A program made the position numbers and the translations under genes. Positions 13,833-21,536 of a stretch of 24,000 nucleotides of DNA are shown here, piece after piece (within the stretch, counting starts at the first letter, position 1; every line of letters starts with the position of its first letter). The notes beneath the pieces are model-generated. The model was not told the DNA's origin, made no database searches, and saw only the letters and a list, made by a program, of their open reading frames with translations. Source of the stretch: Bacillus sp. FJAT-49736 (GTDB lineage Bacteria; Bacillota; Bacilli; Bacillales; Bacillaceae_C); assembly GCF_018343615.1 (NCBI RefSeq), contig NZ_JAGYPI010000002.1, positions 57,562-81,561 on the forward strand. The letters are read 5' to 3'.

Positions 13833-13861
13833 AAAAAGCCGTTTCAAGCAAACGGCTTTTT
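13833..13861. terminator. Bidirectional rho-independent terminator (mini-protein gene / TetR gene, convergent)
   Basis: AAAAAGCCGTTT (13833-13844) pairs with AAACGGCTTTTT (13850-13861) across the 5-nt loop CAAGC. A- and T-runs are present on both sides. Confidence 0.8.
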
Positions 13862-13863
13862 CT

Positions 13864-14739
13864 TTATAAAAGTTCAATATCTAAGGCTTTTGCAATTTCT
13901 ATTCTATAGGAGTCCAGCTGCTCGATTGGCTTAAAATTAGCAAGCATTCCTTGAAAAATATACTTTTTTATTTCCTTTTTGTTATTTTCCTCCATTAAAT
14001 AATGGATGACATTCCGAAGTTCTTCTCTCTTCCCTTCAGCAATATCCAAGGACTCAAGCGTATCTTTCATAGCGCTTAAATTTTCTAATACTATTTGGCG
14101 ATTAGTCATTAGGCTTGACGTGTATTTAGTAAACTGACCTTTCGATAGAAGCGGATCTTTTCCACCCTTTTTTAATCCTTCTACAATATCATCAATTCGT
14201 TCCATTATAAAACTAGCCATTCTATCGGGATCCAGTACCACTCCATCAAATACAGTGATTTTCATATATGCATTCCTAATTCCCATACAAATTAGCACTA
14301 AATCACTTATATATGGTCGGAGATCTTCACCATAGGAGTCCATGAGTAGCGCTTCTTCCTTTTCCAGCATCCGAAATGCGTGTTCATTAAGGAGGTTCCG
14401 CAATTCTTCATTAATAGACTGATTTTGTTCCCGAAAATACATCACGATAAAATCCCTATGCTTCATAAAATATTTGAATTGCAGCTGAATTCTATTTTTG
14501 TATTTTTCCCTTGATGTAATACTAAGACTATCAATCTCAAGGATCTTATTGTTTAATTTTTCATGATAATGTTTAAAAATATCAATAAGGAGCTCCTCTT
14601 TAGAGGAAAAATAATTATAAAATGCTCCTTTCGATATTCCATAGCTGCTTACAATATCTTGCACAGATGTGGCTTGAAATCCTTTATCTGCGAATAGCTT
14701 TATCGCTGTTTCTATTAGTTCCTTCCTTTTCTGCTTCAT
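13864..14739 (-). CDS. TetR/AcrR-family transcriptional regulator with a long C-terminal extension (YerO-like)
   Basis: 291 aa. The N-terminal HTH is ELIETAIKLFADKGFQATSVQDIVSSYGISKGAFYNYFSSKEELL. It starts 28 nt after the SAS stop with SD AGAGGGGA and no hairpin between them. Confidence 0.9.
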   Translation of the reverse strand: MKQKRKELIETAIKLFADKGFQATSVQDIVSSYGISKGAFYNYFSSKEELLIDIFKHYHEKLNNKILEIDSLSITSREKYKNRIQLQFKYFMKHRDFIVMYFREQNQSINEELRNLLNEHAFRMLEKEEALLMDSYGEDLRPYISDLVLICMGIRNAYMKITVFDGVVLDPDRMASFIMERIDDIVEGLKKGGKDPLLSKGQFTKYTSSLMTNRQIVLENLSAMKDTLESLDIAEGKREELRNVIHYLMEENNKKEIKKYIFQGMLANFKPIEQLDSYRIEIAKALDIELL

Positions 14740-14767
14740 AATGGTCCCCTCTTTTAGTTCCTGCTAA

Positions 14768-15406
14768 TTATAGTGGTAGAAAAATCGAATCCCTAGTTGA
14801 TTCAATGATATTTACCTCATCCCTAATTCCTTTCATCTTTTCATCCAGCATTTTCACACTATCGGCAGCTTCCTTTAATTCATCCTTTAAATACTGGGGA
14901 ATATCACGATTGTATTTATAGAAAATCTTATGCTCGAGACTCGCCCAAAAATCCATCGCTAATGTTCTTAACTGAATTTCCGCGTAAACATGCTCCACCC
15001 TATGTGTAAGCTGAACAGGGATTTGCACAATGAGATGCAAGCTTTGATAGCCATTCGGCTTTGGATTTTTAATATAGTCTTTTACCTCTGTCACCTTTAA
15101 ATCTTTTCTTTTTAAAAATAAGTTATAAATCTCATAAATATCAGAAACAAACGAACAAACAATTCTTACACCAACGATATCAAAAAGATGCTTCTTGGCA
15201 TTTTCTAATGTTTGATCCAGATTCTTACGCTTTAATTTCTCCAGAATGCTTGGTGGTGTTTTTATTCTTGTTTTAATATGCTCTATGGAATTATTTTCCC
15301 CCATTAAAAAGGCTTCTTCGACCATTATATTAATTTTAGTTTTTATTTCATCCAGTCCAAATTTATATGGAAGAATAAATTCCTTCCATTGATTTGTATC
15401 GTACAT
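14768..15406 (-). CDS. relP: Small alarmone synthetase (RelA/SpoT-domain GTP pyrophosphokinase), RelP/YwaC (SasA) type
   Basis: 212 aa with SD AAAGGAG. The motifs DIVGVRIVCSFVSDIY, VKDYIKNPKPNGYQSLHLIV and AEIQLRTLAMDFWASLEHKIFYKY are closer to my recollection of B. subtilis YwaC/RelP than to YjbM/RelQ. Confidence 0.85.
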   Translation of the reverse strand: MYDTNQWKEFILPYKFGLDEIKTKINIMVEEAFLMGENNSIEHIKTRIKTPPSILEKLKRKNLDQTLENAKKHLFDIVGVRIVCSFVSDIYEIYNLFLKRKDLKVTEVKDYIKNPKPNGYQSLHLIVQIPVQLTHRVEHVYAEIQLRTLAMDFWASLEHKIFYKYNRDIPQYLKDELKEAADSVKMLDEKMKGIRDEVNIIESTRDSIFLPL

Positions 15407-15470
15407 TTAAATTCTCCTTTATAGTTCATACTGTATATTATAAAAGTTTCCATTTTAACAGAACTTTCAC

Positions 15471-15519
15471 TTGATAATGTATGACCAGTCATTTATATTA
15501 TAATTTGATATGACTAGTC
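15471..15519 (+). promoter_or_regulatory. Promoter of the RND gene (TTGATA-17-TATATT) with two ATGAC-YA-GTC palindromic operator candidates
   Basis: The -35 is at 15471-15476 and the -10 at 15494-15499. O1 ATGACCAGTCAT (15481-15492) sits inside the spacer. O2 ATGACTAGTC (15510-15519) sits just downstream of the predicted start site. Each is preceded by TTGATA (15471 and 15505). Confidence 0.5.
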
Positions 15520-15547
15520 GGTCAACCTTATGAAGGAGCGATACAAT

Positions 15548-18500
15548 TTGAATTCAATTATTAATTTTTGCATGAAAAATAAGTTTGCGGTATGGCTCTT
15601 AACTATCATTGTCGTCGCTGCAGGCTTATATTCCGGCGTTAGAATGAAGTTGGAGACCATTCCTAATATTACGGCGCCAGTCATCATGGTTTCCACTGTG
15701 TATCCAGGGGCAACTCCCGATGATATCGCAGAAAAAGTAACGAAACCAATCGAACAAAGAATTAAAAATCTCCCGGGTGTTGATGTTGTCACCTCCACAT
15801 CCTCCCAAAATGTTTCATCCATTCAAGTCCAATATCAATATTCAAAAGACATGGATAAAGCCGAAACAGAAGTAAAAGAAGCAGTTTCAGAGGTGACATT
15901 ACCGGATAAGGTGCAAGCACCAAAAGTATCAAAATTTAATTTTAATGAGTTTCCTATCCTATCTTTAAGTATTACCAATAGCAAGCAGTCACTTGAAGAA
16001 TTGACGAAAACTGTAGAAGAAGATATTGTCCCTTCATTAGAAGGAATTGACGGTGTCGCTCAGGTTCAGGCTTCTGGGCAATATGAGAAGGAAGTTGATA
16101 TTACATTCGATAAGAAAAAGCTTGCTAAATACGGTTTAACAGAAGATACTGTAAAACAGCTTATCCAAGGCTCTGACGTATCTGTTCCACTTGGATTGTT
16201 GACATTCGATAAAAATGAAAAAGCGGTTGTGGTAGATGGTAATATCCATTCTATTAACGATCTGAAGAATCTTAAGATTCCATACACCCCACAAGCATCT
16301 ATTAGTGGTCCATCTTCTATAAGTGGACAAACACAGATTGGAAAAACCTCTATGAATGGACAAATGCCTTCTGGGGCAGGTCAAGCAGCCTCCCAACAAC
16401 CGGGCACTACTAGAGGTACTGCAATTACGATTCCAACTGTAAAGCTGGCAGACATTGCCGATGTAAAGATTGTTGGAAAGCATGAATCTATTTCGAAAAC
16501 AAATGGTGAAAACTCTATCGGTGTACAAATCTCAAAGTCATCAGATGCAAATACAGTAGATGTTGCTGATAAAGTTAACCAAAAAATGGATGAACTGAAG
16601 AAAAATCATGATGGCTTAAAAGTAGTCAAAATGTTTGATCAAGCTACACCAATTAAAGATTCGGTCAACACTATGCTTAACAAAGCAATTATTGGTGCTC
16701 TTTTTGCTGTCATCATTATTTTACTATTTTTAAGAGATTTCCGTTCAACTATTATCTCGGTTATTTCTATACCTTTATCCTTATTAATTGCAATACTGTT
16801 GTTAAAGCAAATGGATATTTCACTTAATATGATGACTTTAGGCGCTATGACCGTTGCAATTGGCCGTGTCGTGGATGATTCGATTGTTGTAATCGAAAAT
16901 ATTTACCGAAGAATGTCCTTATCATCAGAAAAACTAAGAGGCATGGATTTAATTCGAGAAGCAACAAAAGAGATGTTTAAACCAATTATGTCCTCGACGA
17001 TTGTAACAATCGCCGTATTTTTGCCGCTTGGTTTAGTAACTGGCATGGTTGGCGAGCTATTCTTGCCATTTGCCTTAACGATTGTATTTGCCTTACTGGC
17101 ATCTTTACTCGTGGCAATTACAATCGTACCAATGTTCGCAAACTCATTATTTAAAGGCGGACTTAAGAAAAAGCATGAACCAGAAAAAGAGCATGGTAAA
17201 ATTGCTTCTTTCTACAAAAAAATATTAAATTGGTCCCTAAACCATAAACTGATTACCTTTGGACTAGCTATATTAATTTTTATCGGAAGCTTACTATTAA
17301 TCCCTGCCATCGGGGTAAGCTTTATTCCATCCGACGAGCAAAAAATGGTGATGGCAACCTATAAGCCGGATCCAGGACAAACAAAAAGTGATGTAGAAAA
17401 GGTTACCTCTCGAGCTGAGAAATACTTTGAAAATCGTGCCGGTGTTAAAAATATTCAATACTCGGTAGGCGCAGATAATCCGATGAATCCAGGCAATAAT
17501 AATTCAGCATTATTTTATGTCGAATACAATAAAGATGCGAAAAACTTTGATAAGGAACCCGAAAAAGTCATTAAGGATTTACAAGCTATGACTAATAAGG
17601 GCGAATGGAAATCACAGAATTTCGCCTCCTCCGGTGGCAGCAACAATTTAGAACTTCTCGTATACGGAGATAATGTAGAGCAAATTAAGCCGGTTATAGA
17701 CAAAATCGAGAACATCATGAAACAAAATAAATCCTTAAAAAATGTGGACTCAAGTCTATCGAAGTCCTACGAGCAATATACGCTTGTTGCTGATCAAAGC
17801 AAGCTTGCAGGATATGGATTAACCGCGGGACAAATTGGAATGCAATTAAATCGTGTTGGTCAAAATCCTGTTTTAACTACTATTCAAAAAGACGGCAAGG
17901 ATCTAAATGTGTATGTAACGGTAGACCAGAAATCGTACAGAGACATCGATGCTCTCACGAATACAAAAGTTAAATCCTCCCTTGGAACAGAAGTTGCCTT
18001 GAAGGATGTTATGAAAGTACAAACAGGGGAATCTCCTGATACCATATCAAGACGTGATGGAAAGATATATGAAAAAGTAAGTGCGGAAATTAAAGGAAAG
18101 GATGTCTCTAAGGTTTCTGCAAACATAAAGAAAAAAGTTGATAAGATTAAGTTGCCTAGTAATGTGGAAGTTTCCATGGGTGGTGTTACGAAGGATATTA
18201 ATGAATCCTTCTCACAACTCGGAATTGCCATGCTAGCTGCAATTGCAATAGTATATTTAGTTCTTGTCATCACCTTTGGCGGAGCAGTTGCACCATTTGC
18301 TATCCTATTCTCACTGCCGTTTACCGTTATCGGCGGACTTGTGGCATTGCTTATTACTGGAGAGACATTAAGTATCTCCTCCATGATTGGGGCGCTTATG
18401 CTAATTGGTATCGTTGTTACCAATGCCATTGTCTTAATTGACCGCGTCATTCATAAGCAAAATGACGGGCTATCGACTCGAGAAGCATTATTGGAAGCCG

Positions 18501-18724
18501 GAGCAACACGGATTCGTCCGATTCTGATGACAGCACTTGCTACCATCGGTGCGTTATTGCCATTGGCATTCGGCTTTGAAGGCAGCGGCCTTATTTCCAA
18601 GGATCTTGGTGTCACAGTAATTGGTGGACTTACCAGCTCGACATTACTAACATTGATCATTGTGCCAGTAGTGTATGAGTTTTTGATGAAGTTTAAAAAG
18701 AAGAAAAAGGTTGTAGAATCCTAA
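15548..18724 (+). CDS. swrC: RND-superfamily efflux transporter (AcrB/AcrD/AcrF family), SwrC/YerP-like
   Basis: The track ORF is 15530-18724 (1064 aa). I prefer TTG 15548, which lies 9 nt after AAGGAG (15533-15538) and gives the N-terminus MNSIINFCMKNKFAVWLLTI. It has 12-TM RND topology with two large extracytoplasmic loops and the conserved TM4 block VAIGRVVDDSIVVIENIYR. The size matches B. subtilis SwrC (about 1065 aa). Confidence 0.9.
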   Translation: MNSIINFCMKNKFAVWLLTIIVVAAGLYSGVRMKLETIPNITAPVIMVSTVYPGATPDDIAEKVTKPIEQRIKNLPGVDVVTSTSSQNVSSIQVQYQYSKDMDKAETEVKEAVSEVTLPDKVQAPKVSKFNFNEFPILSLSITNSKQSLEELTKTVEEDIVPSLEGIDGVAQVQASGQYEKEVDITFDKKKLAKYGLTEDTVKQLIQGSDVSVPLGLLTFDKNEKAVVVDGNIHSINDLKNLKIPYTPQASISGPSSISGQTQIGKTSMNGQMPSGAGQAASQQPGTTRGTAITIPTVKLADIADVKIVGKHESISKTNGENSIGVQISKSSDANTVDVADKVNQKMDELKKNHDGLKVVKMFDQATPIKDSVNTMLNKAIIGALFAVIIILLFLRDFRSTIISVISIPLSLLIAILLLKQMDISLNMMTLGAMTVAIGRVVDDSIVVIENIYRRMSLSSEKLRGMDLIREATKEMFKPIMSSTIVTIAVFLPLGLVTGMVGELFLPFALTIVFALLASLLVAITIVPMFANSLFKGGLKKKHEPEKEHGKIASFYKKILNWSLNHKLITFGLAILIFIGSLLLIPAIGVSFIPSDEQKMVMATYKPDPGQTKSDVEKVTSRAEKYFENRAGVKNIQYSVGADNPMNPGNNNSALFYVEYNKDAKNFDKEPEKVIKDLQAMTNKGEWKSQNFASSGGSNNLELLVYGDNVEQIKPVIDKIENIMKQNKSLKNVDSSLSKSYEQYTLVADQSKLAGYGLTAGQIGMQLNRVGQNPVLTTIQKDGKDLNVYVTVDQKSYRDIDALTNTKVKSSLGTEVALKDVMKVQTGESPDTISRRDGKIYEKVSAEIKGKDVSKVSANIKKKVDKIKLPSNVEVSMGGVTKDINESFSQLGIAMLAAIAIVYLVLVITFGGAVAPFAILFSLPFTVIGGLVALLITGETLSISSMIGALMLIGIVVTNAIVLIDRVIHKQNDGLSTREALLEAGATRIRPILMTALATIGALLPLAFGFEGSGLISKDLGVTVIGGLTSSTLLTLIIVPVVYEFLMKFKKKKKVVES

Positions 18725-18761
18725 GAACGAAATGGCTGTCCGATAAGTCCTTAAAATAAGT

Positions 18762-18794
18762 AGGTGGAGAAAAGCGAATCGTTTTTCTCCACCT
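18762..18794. terminator. Rho-independent terminator after the RND gene
   Basis: AGGTGGAGAAAA (18762-18773) pairs with TTTTCTCCACCT (18783-18794). A T-rich tract (TATATTTTTT) follows on the + strand. Confidence 0.75.
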
Positions 18795-18972
18795 GCTATT
18801 ATATTTTTTCTGTTATTCCCTGAAAGTAGCTGGCGGATTCCTGTTACTTTCAAGTAATGCCGAAAATTCAGTATCCTGTACATTATCCAGTAAAAAACTA
18901 TATCCATCATCCTTTAAGAAATAATAAAGGGGCCGTCCAGAAAGTCTGTTTTTGAGGAAAAAGTACATAAAG

Positions 18973-19010
18973 AAACCCAAGAATGTTGATTTTATACCAT
19001 TCTTGGGTTT
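18973..19010 (-). terminator. Probable terminator of the amino-acid ABC operon
   Basis: The 13-bp perfect stem AAACCCAAGAATG pairs with CATTCTTGGGTTT across a 12-nt loop, starting 44 nt after the permease stop. The U-tract on the minus strand is interrupted (CTTTATGTACTTTTT). Confidence 0.55.
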
Positions 19011-19053
19011 TACTATATTATCAAGTTGAAATACCTTTTCAGACAACCTCTAT

Positions 19054-19731
19054 TTATATATCCATTTCATATCTTTTTTCCATAAAATCCTGGAGTAAGG
19101 AAATCAATGTACAAACTCCCCAGTAAATTAAGGCAACTAATATGTACACCGTCATATAATCAAATTCTCTTCCGCCGACTATTTTCGCCTTTTGAAACAT
19201 TTCCGGCACGGTTATCATCGCTGCAAGCGAAGTACCTTTTGTTAAATCTAGAAATACATTAAAAAGCGGTGCAATGGCAATCCTTGTACCCTGCGGAAGG
19301 ATTATTCTTCTCATTGTTTGCCAGTAAGAAAAACCAAGTGACGCAGCAGCTTCCCACTGTCCTTTTTGAACAGAAGAAATGGAAGAACGCCAAATTTCTG
19401 CCATAAATGCTGCACTGTTCAGTGTAAAACCAATAATGGCTGCTGTTACAGCTGAAAATTCTATCCCAACAATCGGTAGACCATAAAATAGTAGAAACAA
19501 TAATACTAAAATTGGAACTCCACGCATAAACGAGATATACAACCGTGCTGGCCATCTTAATAAGCGATTCTTAGATGTTCTTGCCAAGGATAAGAAAAAG
19601 CCAAGGACAAGCCCAAACGCCATACTAACAAAAGATAGCAACATCGTATAGCCAATGCCTTGGAGTATGTAAGGGAAGGACTTAATAGCCAATTTCACAT
19701 TAAAAAAATATTCCCATTGAATACTGTCCAC
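19054..19731 (-). CDS. Amino-acid ABC transporter permease (HisMQ/polar amino acid family; YckA/TcyB-like)
   Basis: 225 aa with about 5 TM segments. It has the typical N-terminal block ILQGIGYTMLLSFVSMAFGLVLG and an EAA-like loop region (AAASLGFSYWQTMRRIILPQ). Confidence 0.9.
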   Translation of the reverse strand: MDSIQWEYFFNVKLAIKSFPYILQGIGYTMLLSFVSMAFGLVLGFFLSLARTSKNRLLRWPARLYISFMRGVPILVLLFLLFYGLPIVGIEFSAVTAAIIGFTLNSAAFMAEIWRSSISSVQKGQWEAAASLGFSYWQTMRRIILPQGTRIAIAPLFNVFLDLTKGTSLAAMITVPEMFQKAKIVGGREFDYMTVYILVALIYWGVCTLISLLQDFMEKRYEMDI

Positions 19732-19749
19732 TTATCCTTCCCTCCAATC

Positions 19750-20601
19750 CTATTTTGAAAATTTGATATTCGGCTTTTTCGAGACATCCTCACCGCCGAA
19801 GAATTTCTTCGACAGTTCCGTAATCGTTCCGTCTTCCTTCATTTTTGCAAGAGCGCCATCGATTTTTTTCTTTAATTCCTGATTATCCTTTTTCATGATC
19901 ATTCCCCCATTGCTAGGTGAAAAACGAATGTGAGGCTCTATCATTATATTTAATTTAGAATAATAGGCAATCGCAAGCTTTTGTAGATAATAGTCATTTA
20001 AAATGACATCCGTTCTGCCAGTTGAAACATCTCTTAGGTATTGATCATTCGTTGCGTTGTCATAAATAACTTCTTCGGCACCATGCTTGCGGGCAATCGC
20101 CATATAAGTTGTAGTAGCTTCACCAGCTGCTTTTTTTCCTTTTAAATCTTCTAAAGAATGTATGCCAGAGCTGTCACTTTTTCGAACAATGGCAGAACCA
20201 AAGGAATATTTATATGGAGTAGAAAAGGCAAATTTCTTTTCTCGATCCTTTGTAATGGCAATGTCGTTTGCCGCAAGATCTACTTTTCCGCTATTAACGG
20301 ATGTAAGCATACCATCAAATCCCATTTCTACAAACTTCACTTTCAAGCCAAGTCTTTTCGCTACTTCACGAACTACCTCCACATCATAGCCCGTTAGTTT
20401 ATCAGAATTGGAATCATGAAAAGAAGCAGGATAAAGAGTTCCAGATGTTGCCACGGTAAGTTCACCCTTCTTCTCTATTTTATCCCATGCTGATTGCTTT
20501 TGATTTTCTGCTTTATTGCCTCCACATGCTGCAGTTATCAGCATTACCGCTACAAGAAGCAGTATAATAGGAAGGCGTTTAATAGTATGTACTTTTAACA
20601 T
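19750..20601 (-). CDS. Amino-acid ABC transporter substrate-binding lipoprotein (family 3 SBP; YckB/TcyA-like)
   Basis: 283 aa. The signal peptide ends LITAACGG (lipobox-like). SBP_bac_3 style motifs include ELTVATSGTLYPASF, GYDVEV and DLAANDIAITKDR. SD GGGGGA. Confidence 0.9.
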   Translation of the reverse strand: MLKVHTIKRLPIILLLVAVMLITAACGGNKAENQKQSAWDKIEKKGELTVATSGTLYPASFHDSNSDKLTGYDVEVVREVAKRLGLKVKFVEMGFDGMLTSVNSGKVDLAANDIAITKDREKKFAFSTPYKYSFGSAIVRKSDSSGIHSLEDLKGKKAAGEATTTYMAIARKHGAEEVIYDNATNDQYLRDVSTGRTDVILNDYYLQKLAIAYYSKLNIMIEPHIRFSPSNGGMIMKKDNQELKKKIDGALAKMKEDGTITELSKKFFGGEDVSKKPNIKFSK

Positions 20602-20634
20602 GCTATGTCCCCCAATATTATTATTTCAGCTTAA

Positions 20635-20663
20635 AACATAGCATTGAACTTGGAATTATGCAA
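20635..20663 (-). promoter_or_regulatory. Candidate SigA promoter TTGCAT-17-TATGTT for the ABC operon
   Basis: On the minus strand, TTGCAT (20663->20658) is followed by a 17-nt spacer and TATGTT (20640->20635), about 30 nt upstream of ATG 20601. Confidence 0.35.
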
Positions 20664-20696
20664 TGGTAATATTATTAGACAGAATTTTAGAATTAT

Positions 20697-20726
20697 AAAG
20701 GCCAATTCAGCATTGAATTGGCCTTT
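20697..20726 (-). terminator. Terminator hairpin after the copA-linked gene
   Basis: AAAGGCCAATTCA (20697-20709) pairs with TGAATTGGCCTTT (20714-20726) across a 4-nt loop, starting 4 nt after the stop at 20730. The minus-strand tail is TTTATAATTCT. Confidence 0.6.
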
Positions 20727-20729
20727 CCT

Positions 20730-21536
20730 TTATTTAATTTCTACAACAAACGGAAAGGTTCGTACTTTCCCATTTTGTTTGAATTCTGTCCAGATTTTAT
20801 ATTTCCCAGGCTTTGCAAATTCTGTTTCAAATACAGGATCCACTTCATTTTTGGGGTGGACATGAATATATTTTTCGCCATCTTCATCCAGAATGACGAC
20901 ATGTCCAACCGCGCCTAAATAAGGTTCAAGCTGACTTCTATCTAGTTCAAATGTTAAAGTTACTGGTTTGGATGCTTGCATTGTATTCAACTTTAATGAC
21001 ACTGTTTGGTGATCTACTGTTTTTGTTAAAGATTTATCAGCAACAAGAGAAGCATGATTATGTGTTCCAGCTTCATGACCAACTTGGAATGAAACAGGTT
21101 CAACATTATAAGCTAAATCCTTCGGCTTAATATCAATGAATGCTTTATAAGTGCCATCTGGCAACGCTTTTTTTATGCTGAATTCCCCATTTTCAAGCTG
21201 CTTCGGATGCAAATGATAAAAGTGCTGCAATGAATTATCCACAATAATTAAATGAAGCAGCTTCTCGTGATTTACCTCTAAATCTCTCCCTGTTTTCCCT
21301 TTTAAATCCTTAATAGATAGGGTCATTAAACCATTCGAATAGTTTAAGGCTGTTTGTACCTCGCTTTTACCATGTGAATCTTCATGCATATGGCTCATAC
21401 CTTCATCCGGATGGTTCATATCAGCTTGAGTTTTATCGGTAAAAAATTGCGCATATGCTGTATAGCCCCCAATAACAATGGCTAAGTATAAAATAGCTGC
21501 AACGGCCCATTTTTTCACGTTCAACACATCCCTCAT
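20730..21536 (-). CDS. Uncharacterised membrane-anchored His/Met-rich protein with two tandem H-x-H-P beta-type domains (putative extracytoplasmic copper-binding partner of CopA)
   Basis: 268 aa. The ATG overlaps the copA stop (ATGA at 21536->21533). It has one N-terminal TM ([23 protein letters not shown]) followed by [19 protein letters not shown]. Two similar roughly 90-aa modules follow: ...[43 protein letters not shown] and ...[43 protein letters not shown]. Confidence 0.75.
   Translation of the reverse strand: MRDVLNVKKWAVAAILYLAIVIGGYTAYAQFFTDKTQADMNHPDEGMSHMHEDSHGKSEVQTALNYSNGLMTLSIKDLKGKTGRDLEVNHEKLLHLIIVDNSLQHFYHLHPKQLENGEFSIKKALPDGTYKAFIDIKPKDLAYNVEPVSFQVGHEAGTHNHASLVADKSLTKTVDHQTVSLKLNTMQASKPVTLTFELDRSQLEPYLGAVGHVVILDEDGEKYIHVHPKNEVDPVFETEFAKPGKYKIWTEFKQNGKVRTFPFVVEIK

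Noticed and set aside
14768-15406. Considered whether the small alarmone synthetase is a toxSAS toxin of a toxin-antitoxin or defence module.
   Set aside because: The sequence matches the housekeeping RelP/YwaC type along its whole length. The downstream gene is a full-size TetR regulator, not a small antitoxin. No overlapping small ORF or phage or mobile context is present.
15437-15451. Possible ECF-sigma (SigM/SigW-type) promoter for the relP-like gene, GGAAAC ... GTAT, by analogy with B. subtilis ywaC.
   Set aside because: The -35-like GGAAAC is not followed by a CGTA/CGTC element at 16-17 nt. Only a TATAAT (15442->15437) without a good -35 is visible. The SAS promoter therefore remains unassigned.
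15514-18660. Antisense or out-of-frame track ORFs inside the RND gene: 15514-15822, 15626-15808, 16066-16287, 16136-16528, 17515-17718, 17884-18450 and 18451-18660.
   Set aside because: All are embedded in and opposite to a confidently identified 1058-1064-aa RND transporter gene. Their translations are low-complexity mirror images with no SD.
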